From a virus (lineage: Duplodnaviria; Caudoviricetes), in IMG/VR virus record IMGVR_UViG_3300033407_000004, positions 12,134 to 76,133 of that record: DNA of 64,000 nt; one strand, given 5' to 3'. Position 1 is the stretch's first letter, and the number at the start of each line of letters is the position of its first letter. Shown piece after piece: positions 47,991 to 57,923 of this stretch. The position numbers and the translations under genes are program-made. Under the pieces are notes generated by a model. It did not search any database. It was not told the origin of the DNA and saw nothing but the letters and a program-made list of their open reading frames with translations.

Positions 47991-48080
47991 AAGTTTCCCC
48001 TAGACCAATAAGTTTCTAAAGTAAACCGTTGTGTCAATAAAAAGAGCCATACCGTACAGTATGGCTTGAACCGTTGGGAA

Positions 48081-48317
48081 TTAGGCGCTTTTCCTATTCC
48101 TTGCGAATATATCCGGCCTCATGATTTCCACCGGTATCCCGCAAAGAGTTTCAATTACAATGGCGCGTGCAGGGGAGACCTGCTTTGTGCAGTTCTTGTA
48201 GTGAGATACCAGCGACAAGCTCCAGTGGGTAAGGAGCTTCTTCATTGCCTTTTCATCAATGGCCGCCTTAATGGCTTCCCGTTGCTGTCGTGTGAAATAC
48301 CGTTGCGTTTGTTTCAT
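48081..48317 (-). CDS. Cro/YdaS-like HTH regulator, leaderless
   Basis: SLVSHYKNCTKQVSPARAIVIETLCGIPVEIMRPDIF. Confidence 0.75.
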   Translation of the reverse strand: MKQTQRYFTRQQREAIKAAIDEKAMKKLLTHWSLSLVSHYKNCTKQVSPARAIVIETLCGIPVEIMRPDIFARNRKSA

Positions 48318-48323
48318 GAGTTG

Positions 48324-48354
48324 ATATTATCAAAACTTGACAGAGTTTGTCAAG
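48324..48354 (-). promoter_or_regulatory. Leftward promoter with operator
   Basis: TTGACA-18-TAATAT with extended -10; palindrome CTTGACA-N5-TGTCAAG. Confidence 0.7.
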
Positions 48355-48420
48355 AAAAATAAACGTTGGCACCTCAAAAATAGTAAATAAAAAAAAGATT
48401 GCAGATTGAAAAGAAAAGCC

Positions 48421-48449
48421 TTGACTTTATCAGTCAACTACTTTATTAT
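48421..48449 (+). promoter_or_regulatory. Rightward early promoter with operator
   Basis: TTGACT-17-TATTAT; palindrome TTGACT-N5-AGTCAA. Confidence 0.75.
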
Positions 48450-48756
48450 TTGTTCGTAAGCTACAAACGCAGCGAGTAGGCAGGAAAGAAAAACGTCCTT
48501 TTTGGCTACCATCAGACGGCTTATCCTGTAAACCTGCGAGGAATGATTGAAACGAATAGTAGCAAGTCGTACACCATCCTGAACAAGAAAGGAGACATGG
48601 AGAGTTATTTGGAGAGTTTAATTTCGGGAACCCCGGCGGTCTTGCAGGGCCGCTGGGGGATTAAAGCATCGACGGTTCGCTTCCGTACCGGCTGATTTGA
48701 TCGCAGACTACCGCAAACGGGTTTAGGGTAGTCATTGAAATGGAGGGCTTAGATTA

Positions 48757-49286
48757 ATGTCAGAAGAAAAGTTTTGGGTAGTTTGGGATTCATGCTACGC
48801 GCCTTCAAAAAAACACCTTAACTGCGAAGACGCGAAAACGGAAGCGCGAAGGCTTGCCCGGAAGCATCCCGACAAGGCGTTTGCCGTCCTGGAAGCGGTG
48901 TTCGTTGTAAGGGCGATGGAGACCCCGCTTGAAGAGCATGAGCTAGGAAGCGAATGGAAATCAGCACAATCAGGCGACAGGGTTTTGAAACCCAACAGCA
49001 GCAAAAACGGGGGAATGGAGAATGCGAAATGACGATTCCCGCAACAGTCAGAGACCTCATTGACGGCATTAAGCCCGGTGACACCCTTGTCGTCCTCGAT
49101 CGCGAAGAAGCAGACGGTCAAGGCCGGCATGAATTCACCGCATACTGGAAAGACGCGGACAGACTTCGAGGGCAGTGCTTCCGTGCGGACTTGCAGGGAT
49201 TTCTGGCTCGGCATGAGAAAGCAACTGTGGTGACGCAAGAAGCGCTGAAGGCAGCGTATGAGGCACGGAGAGGGGTGGCGGCATGA
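48757..49286 (+). CDS. Two early hypothetical genes (48757-49032, 49029-49286)
   Basis: RBS and ATGA overlaps; AKTEARRLARKHP.KAF.VL motif. Confidence 0.6.
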
Positions 49287-51259
49287 AACAGATACGGCTT
49301 ATTCGTTTAGAACTTCGGGATTTTCAGGGAGGATCGTTTTCGTTGGATGCGGACGGTGAGGACGTGAACGTGTCGGGCGATAACGGAACCGGCAAAACGC
49401 GCCTCGCCTCGGCATTCTCATGGCTCCTGTTCGGGAAAGACAGCCTTGGCCGCGTTGATTTCGAGCTTAAAAATCTGGACGCCCAGGGCGAGGCCGAACA
49501 CGGTCTTGAACATTCCGTCGAGGGTACGCTTTCCGTGGACGGCGAAACCGTCACTCTCAGGCGCGTCTATTCAGAATCGTGGACCAAAAAGCGCGGGTCT
49601 GCAACATCGACATTCTCCGGTCATTCAACTCAGTATTATGTTGACGGCGTACCGAAGCAGGAAAAGGATTATAAATCGTACATTGCGGATCTCGCCGGCG
49701 ACGAGTCGATATTTCGACTCCTGACAAGCCCCACGGTGGCACCTGCCCTTCACTGGCAGAAGCTCCGCGCCCTGCTTCTGGACGTATGCGGCGACATGAC
49801 GGACGCCGATGTTATTGCCTCTGACGCGCAGCTTGCCCCGCTTGCAGCCATTCTCGGCAAGAAATCAATCGACGATCACCGTAAGGTTGTGACCGCCCGG
49901 AAATCCGAAATCAACAGGGAATTGACAGCCCTGCCGGTCAGGATCGACGAGCAGCGCCGGTCCCTACCGAACGTGACGGTACTCGACCGCGGGAAGATCA
50001 CCGCAGAGATTGCCAGTCTCGAAACGTCCATCAATGCCTCAAAGCTCAAGCTCCAAGGAGTCGATACGGGCGGTGCCATTGCGGACCTGTCTAAGAGGTT
50101 GGCCGGGGTCAATGCCGACATTCAGAAGTTGGAAAGCGGCCATTACACCGAAACGATGAAGACGGTCAACGGTTTAAATCAACAGGCTACCGAGGCCGCC
50201 GATCTGTTACGGTCTAACCGCAACCGGCTATTGTCCATTGATGGCGATACAAAAAGCCAGTTGGCGGCGATATTGTCCATCGACAAAGAGTTGTCGTCTT
50301 TGCGCGATAAATGGACTGCCGTTGATGCCGAGACGTTTCAGGACACCACCGTAGACACATGCGCGGCCTGCGGGCAGTCTTTGCCCGTGAACCGCGTCCA
50401 GGAAGCCAGAGAGAAAGCATTGGCGGCATTCAATCTTGACAAGGCTGAACGTCTTGGCCTTATCGAACGCCGGGGCCATGATCTTGCAGAAGACAAAGAG
50501 CGTCGGCAGGGTATGGTTGACGCCTTGGGTAAAGAGCGTGAAATCGTTGGGTCGGGATTGCCGGAGATTGCGGATAAGGTCCAGACGGTCACGGCAGAGC
50601 GCGACCTTGCTCGCAAACAGTCCGCAGACTACACGACGATCCCCGGACGCTCCGAACTTCATCTTGAGGCCGCAAGCATTCAGCGGCAGATCGAAGTTGA
50701 ACGCGCCGGGCACTCTCAGGACGCCGGAAAGATACGCGAAGAAATCAGCACCTTGAGCGCTGTTCTCTTGAATGCAAAGGCCGACGCCGACAAATTCACC
50801 CGCCGCGAACAGGGCGAAAAGCGCATCGAGGAATTAAAGGAGTCGGAAAAGAAGTTGGCCGCCGAGTTCGAGAAGTTGGAAGGCGAGCTTTACCTTTGCG
50901 ACCAGTTTATCAAGACAAAGGTTTCTCTCCTGAATGACCGCATCAATGGCCGGTTCGAGATTGTGCGTTTCAGGCTGTTCACGCAAAACATAAACGGCGG
51001 AATTGAACCCTCATGCGAGATCACCGTCAACGGGATACCGTACAACGGTGGGCTTAACTCGGCGGCACGGACCAATGCAGGGCTTGATATTTGCCGCACC
51101 TTGTCGGAGCATTACGGGATACTGGCCCCTACATGGGTCGATAACGCCGAAAGCGTGAGCCACCTTGTGGACATGAAGGCACAGGTGATCCGGCTTGTAG
51201 TGAGCGAACCCGATAAAGCCCTGCGCGTGGAAATGGCGCGGCAGGCGGTAGCGGCATAG
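49283..51259 (+). CDS. Rad50/SbcC-like AAA ATPase
   Basis: GDNGTGKT, coiled coil with CAACG hook, LNSA signature-like, WVDNAES. Confidence 0.9.
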   Translation: MKQIRLIRLELRDFQGGSFSLDADGEDVNVSGDNGTGKTRLASAFSWLLFGKDSLGRVDFELKNLDAQGEAEHGLEHSVEGTLSVDGETVTLRRVYSESWTKKRGSATSTFSGHSTQYYVDGVPKQEKDYKSYIADLAGDESIFRLLTSPTVAPALHWQKLRALLLDVCGDMTDADVIASDAQLAPLAAILGKKSIDDHRKVVTARKSEINRELTALPVRIDEQRRSLPNVTVLDRGKITAEIASLETSINASKLKLQGVDTGGAIADLSKRLAGVNADIQKLESGHYTETMKTVNGLNQQATEAADLLRSNRNRLLSIDGDTKSQLAAILSIDKELSSLRDKWTAVDAETFQDTTVDTCAACGQSLPVNRVQEAREKALAAFNLDKAERLGLIERRGHDLAEDKERRQGMVDALGKEREIVGSGLPEIADKVQTVTAERDLARKQSADYTTIPGRSELHLEAASIQRQIEVERAGHSQDAGKIREEISTLSAVLLNAKADADKFTRREQGEKRIEELKESEKKLAAEFEKLEGELYLCDQFIKTKVSLLNDRINGRFEIVRFRLFTQNINGGIEPSCEITVNGIPYNGGLNSAARTNAGLDICRTLSEHYGILAPTWVDNAESVSHLVDMKAQVIRLVVSEPDKALRVEMARQAVAA

Positions 51260-51293
51260 TAATCTATCAATAACCCATAAAAGGAGGCTTCAC

Positions 51294-52412
51294 ATGGCAC
51301 CCAACACAGCAACAGCAGAAAAGGACAAGGCATTGACGCCGACAAAGAATGCAGCGGCACCGGCGGCGGGAACGGGAACGACGCTGGCAATTCAGGCCAA
51401 GAGCATCGTCGATATTGTCGAGGCCCGCGTCCAGCAGTTCATCAAAAACGGTCAACTCGATATGCCGAAAGACTACAGCGTGGACAACGCCATGAAATCG
51501 GCGTGGCTCGTGCTCCAGAACGTCGAGGACCGTGACCACAACAAGGCGCTGGCAGTCTGCACCCGTGACAGCGTGGCGAACGCACTGCTTGACATGGTGG
51601 TCCAAGGCTTGAACCCCGGCAAAAAGCAGGGATATTTTATCGTCTACGGAAAGCAGTTGACCTTTCAGCGGTCCTATTTCGGGGCAATGGCCGTCGCGCA
51701 GATGGTCAATCCGAAGATCGGCGAGTTCGCCTTTGCCGTGGTCTACGAGGGCGACAAGTTCAAGTATGGTATACAGAACGGCAAAAAGATCGTAACGCTC
51801 CACGAACAGGACATTGACAGCGTGGACAAGACGAAGATAAAGGCCGCTTACTGCATCGCCCTGGACAAGGCGGGCGAGCCGATGAAGACCGAGATCATGA
51901 CCTTTGACGAAATTAAGACTGCGTGGAAGCAGTCGAAGATGAGCCCGATCGACGAGAAGGGAAACGTCAAGGAATCCAGCACACACGGGAAGTTCACTGC
52001 GGACATGGCGCTCAAGACCGTGATCAATAAGTGCTGCAAGGTGATCATCAACGCATCGTCCGACAATACCCTGCTCCTGGAGCGCATCAACCGCAACGAA
52101 GACTTGTCCGACTCCGCTGCCGTCGCCGTGGATATTCAGGATCACGCCAATACCGGAGATGTCGTGCAGATCGAAGGCGGGACGGTGGACGCCGGGACCG
52201 GAGAGGTACGCGAGGAACTGGAGCCGGAAGATCAGGCGCAACCGGAGAAAGAAGACGCGCCCGTCTGCGTGTGCGACGACATGACCAAACAGGGCGTGAA
52301 GGAATGGTCGTGCCCTGTACACGGGACGTACAAAAACGGAAGGTTCTCGGCCCCACAGTTACCGCTCGGCGGCACTGACAAGGCTGGCAAGAAGAAAGGC
52401 CCCGGCTTCTAA
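51294..52412 (+). CDS. recT: RecT-family recombinase
   Basis: SVANALLDMVVQGLNPGKKQGYFIVYG, DMALKTVI. Confidence 0.9.
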   Translation: MAPNTATAEKDKALTPTKNAAAPAAGTGTTLAIQAKSIVDIVEARVQQFIKNGQLDMPKDYSVDNAMKSAWLVLQNVEDRDHNKALAVCTRDSVANALLDMVVQGLNPGKKQGYFIVYGKQLTFQRSYFGAMAVAQMVNPKIGEFAFAVVYEGDKFKYGIQNGKKIVTLHEQDIDSVDKTKIKAAYCIALDKAGEPMKTEIMTFDEIKTAWKQSKMSPIDEKGNVKESSTHGKFTADMALKTVINKCCKVIINASSDNTLLLERINRNEDLSDSAAVAVDIQDHANTGDVVQIEGGTVDAGTGEVREELEPEDQAQPEKEDAPVCVCDDMTKQGVKEWSCPVHGTYKNGRFSAPQLPLGGTDKAGKKKGPGF

Positions 52413-53128
52413 TGATGCACTTCAAGCCCATAGCGAGCTCGTCCAAGGGAAACGCTTACATCGTCGAGGCTGACGGGGTAGCGCCCCTGCTTCTTGAGGC
52501 CGGGATACCGATCCGCTCGTTGCGGGAAAAGATCGGCTTCAACATGACGGGACTCGCCGGGTGCCTTGTGAGTCACGAGCATGGCGATCATAGCAAGGCC
52601 ATCAAAGACCTGCTCAGGGCAGGCGTGGATTGCTTTATGTCATGGGGCACGGCTGAAGCGCTCGGCGTAATGGGCCATCATCGAGTCTATACCATCGGCG
52701 ATCACACGGTATTTGAGCCTGTGAAGATATCCACGTGGACGGTCAAGCCGTTTTTGCTTGAACATGATGCGACCAGCCCTACAGGATTTTTCATCGCTCA
52801 CGGAGACGAACGGCTGTTATTCATTCCAGACACAGCCTACGTCAAACAACGCTTTGAAGGCGTTACAATCATCGCCATAGAGTGCAATCACATAGGCGAC
52901 ATCCTGAGCAATAACATCATCGAAGGGCACATACCCGCCGTGGTGGGGAAGAGGGTCCGGCGAAATCATATGAGCCTCGAACAGGTAGTAGCAATGCTGA
53001 AAGCCAACGACCTTTCACGCTGCCGGCGCATATACCTCTTGCACCTTAGCGACGGCAATTCCGACGAGCGCCGGATGGTGCGCGAGGTCCAAGAAGCCAC
53101 CGGCATCCCCACGGAAGCCGCACAATAA
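52412..53128 (+). CDS. Metallo-beta-lactamase-fold nuclease
   Basis: ASSSKGNAY, SHEHGDH, HD, LLHLSDGNS. Confidence 0.9.
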   Translation: MMHFKPIASSSKGNAYIVEADGVAPLLLEAGIPIRSLREKIGFNMTGLAGCLVSHEHGDHSKAIKDLLRAGVDCFMSWGTAEALGVMGHHRVYTIGDHTVFEPVKISTWTVKPFLLEHDATSPTGFFIAHGDERLLFIPDTAYVKQRFEGVTIIAIECNHIGDILSNNIIEGHIPAVVGKRVRRNHMSLEQVVAMLKANDLSRCRRIYLLHLSDGNSDERRMVREVQEATGIPTEAAQ

Positions 53129-53140
53129 AAAGGAGCCCCA

Positions 53141-53830
53141 ATGCCAGACAAAAAACCTATTCAGATTTCAGGAAAAAACCTCGCAGCACTCGCCATGCCA
53201 GACGCTTGCCCGCGCTGCTTCTGGATCAAGAACACCGTAAAGAATTTGCCGTTTCAGATATTCCCCGGCATTTTCGCATCGATCGACAGCTACACAAAAA
53301 CCGTGGTCCACTCCGCGTTCGATCATGTCGGTAAGGCCCCTGCATGGCTCCCGGAATTATCCGAGGCTGTCAGGTATCTCAAGGTTCCGCACTGGTCGAA
53401 GTCCAAGCGCATAGACCCAGAGACCGGGATTATCGTTACCGCTGTTCCTGACGAACTCTTGGAATGCGCTGATGGATCTCTGATTATTCCGGACTACAAG
53501 ACCGCACGATACACCGATGGGCAAGACAAACTGTTACCCCTCTACCGGGCACAGCTTAACGCTTACCGCTGGGTATGGCAGGGGCTCGGTGCCACCGTTA
53601 AATCGTTGCCGCTGATCTACTGCGAACCGATGACCGATGCTCCGGTATTTGCCGTCGCCGGCTTCGATCTGCGTTTCATCCCGAAGACAGTCCTGATTGA
53701 CATTGACGACAATGTGGTGCCTGAACTTCTGCGGCAAGCGCACAGGATATTGACTTCCGGCATACCTGAGAAAAGCAATGAGTGCGGTGATTGCGAGAAG
53801 CTGAGTGCGCTTGTTGAGAAAGTCAGGTGA
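53141..53830 (+). CDS. PD-(D/E)xK nuclease
   Basis: CPRCFW, PDEL...IPDYKT, QLNAY, C-terminal CxxC. Confidence 0.8.
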   Translation: MPDKKPIQISGKNLAALAMPDACPRCFWIKNTVKNLPFQIFPGIFASIDSYTKTVVHSAFDHVGKAPAWLPELSEAVRYLKVPHWSKSKRIDPETGIIVTAVPDELLECADGSLIIPDYKTARYTDGQDKLLPLYRAQLNAYRWVWQGLGATVKSLPLIYCEPMTDAPVFAVAGFDLRFIPKTVLIDIDDNVVPELLRQAHRILTSGIPEKSNECGDCEKLSALVEKVR

Positions 53831-54276
53831 CGACCGAACACTTCCACGCCCGCACCGCCGCCGAGATCGACCAGTGCGCCAATTTTCTGAAGCTGGCGAT
53901 CCCTGCCCAAGGGTGGAGAATAACGTACACTCCGTGGAGGGAAAAGCGGTCGCTCAGTCAGAATTCGTTTATGCACGTAATATACCGGGACATCAGCAAC
54001 TACCTAATCAGCAAAGGCCGTTCAGAGTGGACGCCTGGAAAAGTCAAATTGATGCTTAAGAACAAGTACCTTGGCTGGACGGAAGTTGAGTTCACCGATG
54101 TTGTGACCGGGCAAGTAACCACCAGAGAAGTGCTGAAATCATCGTCAGCATTGGATGTAGGGGCGGCAAACCACTTCATAACTGAGATCATAGAATGGGC
54201 GGCCAGCATCGGCATTGAGATCAAAGTACCCGCTGAGTGCGAGTACCGGGATGTGTTGAATACGCAGAATAGGTAA
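53827..54276 (+). CDS. NinB/YbcN-like protein
   Basis: KRSLSQNSFMH, KLMLKNKYLG, FITEIIEWAA; stop in the first attC box. Confidence 0.8.
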   Translation: MTTEHFHARTAAEIDQCANFLKLAIPAQGWRITYTPWREKRSLSQNSFMHVIYRDISNYLISKGRSEWTPGKVKLMLKNKYLGWTEVEFTDVVTGQVTTREVLKSSSALDVGAANHFITEIIEWAASIGIEIKVPAECEYRDVLNTQNR

Positions 54277-54347
54277 CGTGCGCATGACGCGCCGCAAGGC
54301 GTGTCGCTGTCGATGCGCTGGTTAAAATCCAGCGCAAGAAAGGACAC

Positions 54348-56406
54348 ATGAGAAACGATTCTCTTTATAAATTTATGGCAGAAGAAATTCAACAAGCCAA
54401 AACGGAGAAACAAGCCGAAGTCATCGCCGGGAACATTGTCAAAGAGGCACTTTGGCAGGGAGAGCTTACAGCATACCGAAAGCTCTTGTCACATGTTCAT
54501 GCCGAAAGCGGAACGAATGACTTTCTTCCCTTGTTCGGAAAATTTTAACAATGAGTTGTTCGGTGCGGTAGCATCCGAACGAACGACTCGTTAGGCCATT
54601 TCACAGGGAGGGAATAAGCAATGTATAAACCGTACAAGCCAGAAGAAAAGATTGTTGACCGTGCTGTCGAGCTTTGGAAACGAATGCTGAAAAATCCGAA
54701 ATTCGACAATGGAGATTCAAGCGTTAACGGGTTTTTCGCTTCTTCGATGGCTAAGATGATCCCGAACAATGCCACGGATGAAGTTCTTCAGGCATTCGGG
54801 GACAACCTGAAAGCCGCGCTGATGAACCCAGACCCGGAATATAAACAAGAATTTTTCCACTCTTCGTTGGGCGTCGATTACGGACCCGACAAGGTTCTTC
54901 ACGAAGCCGCTGAAAAGGCCGGTCTAAAAATGGAGTTCCCCTGGAAAACTACCATGTCCCTTTGGACTGAGTACGTTTCGGTTTCGGCGGGGTACGGAGC
55001 CGATCGCGTTTATCATTACCCGTTGGCCGATGGGCGGTGGCTGATGACGACGCTTTGCGGTTCTGATATTTCAAAGATCATAGCATATTGTGAAGGCAAA
55101 GAACTGGCGTTCGAGATCGAGGGTCAAAAGGTCTAACACCAATTTGACGCGCAAGCGTCAGCGCAGCCGCAGTCGAAATTTTGGTTATGCGTGCTTTCAA
55201 TCTTAACTTCATAGGAGCAGACAAATGAAAACAATAGTTGTCAGATGGGTAAAAGAAGAAACATTCGGTTACGATAAAGCCATGCGAGTTGAATTTTCTT
55301 GCCATGAACGGTTTGTAGTTGGCAGTCGCTTTGACTTTGGATTTTTCAGCATAGCCACAGACGAGGGATACACAATTGTTTCATTACCGATGGAAAAGGA
55401 TTTAGACGCATAACGCGGAGGTAACGATGCGGAGCGAAGCGGAGCAATCAGTTGACCGACTGGTTGTGTGCGATGTATGCAAACAGGAAATACAGGAAAG
55501 CGCCATGACCGATGTTGATGATCTTGAGCCGAACGGCGATCATAAGACGTTGCTCGTTTGTCCGATGTGCATTGATGCCATGCAGCCGGTACATGAAAGC
55601 ATGATGCAAGTAACGCGAGAAATGGCATGTGACGCAGGGGACCGGAGCATGGAAGGTTCGTGGATTAAGTGGTAGTACACAACACGAACATGACCCGCTT
55701 TTGACGGGTCGATGTTCTGGTTGGACGCGGGTTTTGTCCAGCCAGAACGGAAAGGAATTAATTATGGATAAGCGGCAGCAATACGGATACATCAAAAATC
55801 AAATATGCCTTTTCTGCGGAAACATCGAGGACATAGAACCGGACGTGGAGCGCCCGTCATGCGGCGTTTGTGAAGTTGTGGGCAGCGAGGTTGAAACATA
55901 CGGGCATTGCTCGGAGTGGACGGAAATTAGATAGCGTCCAACGTCCGGGTCAGTCGCGCGTCTTGCGCGACGATCTGGACACGGTGGTTAGTCTCGGGGT
56001 TAATTCTATGAACGACAAAAAAAGAGCCGCACTCGATACGCTGATTGATAAAGTAAAACACGCCTATGAGCTTTTGGAGAACATGGACCACGACACGCTT
56101 GCCATGTTGATATTAGATTCTCCTTCCATTCGAGAATACTACGCTACTAAGAAGAAAGCAATGTCGGTTTGTATTTACTGCGGTATGGCAATAGAGCACC
56201 CGGAAGACCCAGAAAAAATCGCAGAGATTCATCATGCCCTTGTAAAGCATGATGCGCGTTGTCCTCAGAATCCGTTTGTTTTTGCGTTGAAACAGGTTAG
56301 ACAAATTGCCAAAGACGGACGGGACTGGAACCCCGGACATTTCTGTGAATCTCGGAGCAAGATGCAGTCAATCGTTGACCGGTGCGACAATGTTTTAAGA
56401 GACTAA
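54348..56406 (+). CDS. Six cassette genes (54348-54548, 54621-55136, 55225-55413, 55427-55675, 55764-55934, 56008-56406)
   Basis: One ORF per attC interval; several stops fall in TAAC boxes; products unrecognised. Confidence 0.7.
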
Positions 56407-56490
56407 CGCCTGAGTTGTGGGGCGGGCCGCTTGCGGCACGTCCCGCACGAACGACGGGTTATACGGCTGGCGGTTACTACGGAGAACAGG

Positions 56491-57306
56491 ATGCACAACT
56501 TGCAAAAAAATATGAGCAACGCCACTTTGCCGCCAGTGCTTGACGCCTGCTGCGGTAGCCGGATGTTTTGGTTTGACCGCAAGGACGACCGGGCGACGTT
56601 CGTGGACAAGCGCCGGGAGCGGCACACGCTGCCCGACATTTCCAGCAAGGGCGGAAGCCGCGAACTGGTAATTGACCCTGACCACTTGGCAGACTTCACC
56701 GACCTGCCTTTCCCGTCCGACACGTTTGCGCTGGTGGTTTTCGATCCACCGCACTTCGAGCGCAACGGCGCGACCGGATGGGTGGGGTTGAAGTACGGCA
56801 CGCTGAAAGGCGATTGGCAGTCGATGCTGCGCGAGGGATTTGCCGAATGCTTCCGCGTGCTGCGGCCTGAAGGGGTTTTGATTTTCAAGTGGTGCGAGGA
56901 CGAGATACCCGTTTCGCGGATTCTTGCACTGACACCGGAGCGCCCGCTTTTTGGCCACCGCAGCGGCAAGCAGCAGAAGACGCATTGGGTGACGTTTATG
57001 AAGCCGTATAACGCGGGGATGACCCGCACAGGAGAACCAATGAGCGACGAAAAAACCATGAACGAAACAAATGAGAATAAACCAGCCGGAGTCGATCCCC
57101 TGGTTATGACAATCGCGGATATAAGAGAATCTCTTGGAGTAGGACACAAGCCGATGCTTTCCGAACTGCCGGGCATTTGCAATGAATTTCGATTACTACT
57201 TTCAGAGGCTCGGTCATTTTGCCTTCGCATGGATTGCGACGGAGATCCACTGAATGACGATCTGGCGAGACGCATACAAATAGCTTTACGGATAACGCGA
57301 GGATGA
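56491..57306 (+). CDS. Class I SAM methyltransferase (DPPH) read through an attC into a second gene starting at 57040
   Basis: VLDACCGSRMFW, VVFDPPH, LRPEGVLIFKW, HWVTFMK, then YNAGMT (attC) and MSDEK. Confidence 0.8.
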   Translation: MHNLQKNMSNATLPPVLDACCGSRMFWFDRKDDRATFVDKRRERHTLPDISSKGGSRELVIDPDHLADFTDLPFPSDTFALVVFDPPHFERNGATGWVGLKYGTLKGDWQSMLREGFAECFRVLRPEGVLIFKWCEDEIPVSRILALTPERPLFGHRSGKQQKTHWVTFMKPYNAGMTRTGEPMSDEKTMNETNENKPAGVDPLVMTIADIRESLGVGHKPMLSELPGICNEFRLLLSEARSFCLRMDCDGDPLNDDLARRIQIALRITRG

Positions 57307-57366
57307 GACGCGGCTTTCCGCGTCGTTCTCGATCCTCTGGTTAAAATCCAGAGGGAAAGGAAAGGC

Positions 57367-57923
57367 ATGAACGAGCAGGAGAAAAAAGAAGTCGAAGAGA
57401 GCATAACTTTATCAGAAGAAATTGTCCGTGCAGCTTGTATTAAGGTGCTCACAGATAAGCATTTTGAACTTGCGAAACGAAGCTATCCGCCGCCAAAAAT
57501 CCTTTTGGATTTGGCACAGGAGATGAGGGAACTTAAATTTTAACGCCCGGATGACGGGCGCGGGTCTTGCGACCCGTCGATACGTTGGTTGGACTCAGAG
57601 GTGATCGAATGGCATGGACATATTTGAAATTCAATAAAGCCGGGAACATCTTGAAACGCTCCCCGAAATTGCCGGGCGAGAGACACGCATACCTCGGGTT
57701 TGATCTTCTTCGGATGATGACCGTGATCGGGTATACCGAGCGGGGCGGGTTCAGTTCGTTCCTCGGACCGAACGTAAACGACGATTGCAATATTGTCGCC
57801 TGGGCTCCGCTGTCTGAAAAAGAGAGCGCCGACATTGATGTGATCCAGAAAAATTGTCCCTTTTATCCATGGGACGATGGAGATACATGCGACGCATCGG
57901 AAATACCGCTGTTGATTCGATGA
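57367..57923 (+). CDS. Two cassette genes (57367-57543, 57609-57923)
   Basis: RBS present; bounded by attC boxes. Confidence 0.6.

Larger units (their letters stand above)
54271..57594 (-). repeat. Array of 10 attC-like sites (top strand = minus)
   Basis: 54271-54327, 54543-54596, 55131-55190, 55408-55469, 55677-55726, 55936-55993, 56401-56464, 57006-57109, 57290-57346, 57538-57594. Each has an AAC box, ~5-nt spacer, imperfect stem with an unpaired G, ~5-nt spacer and a GTT box. Confidence 0.9.

Noticed and set aside
51267-52322. 351-aa minus-strand ORF
   Set aside because: Shadow of recT; the many plus-strand ORFs over 6-33 kb are likewise shadows of structural genes.
54271-57594. Repeat array read as CRISPR, REP or terminators
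   Set aside because: Units are not direct repeats, spacers are whole genes, there are no U tracts, and boundary complementarity fits attC. The PD-(D/E)xK gene has no cas context.
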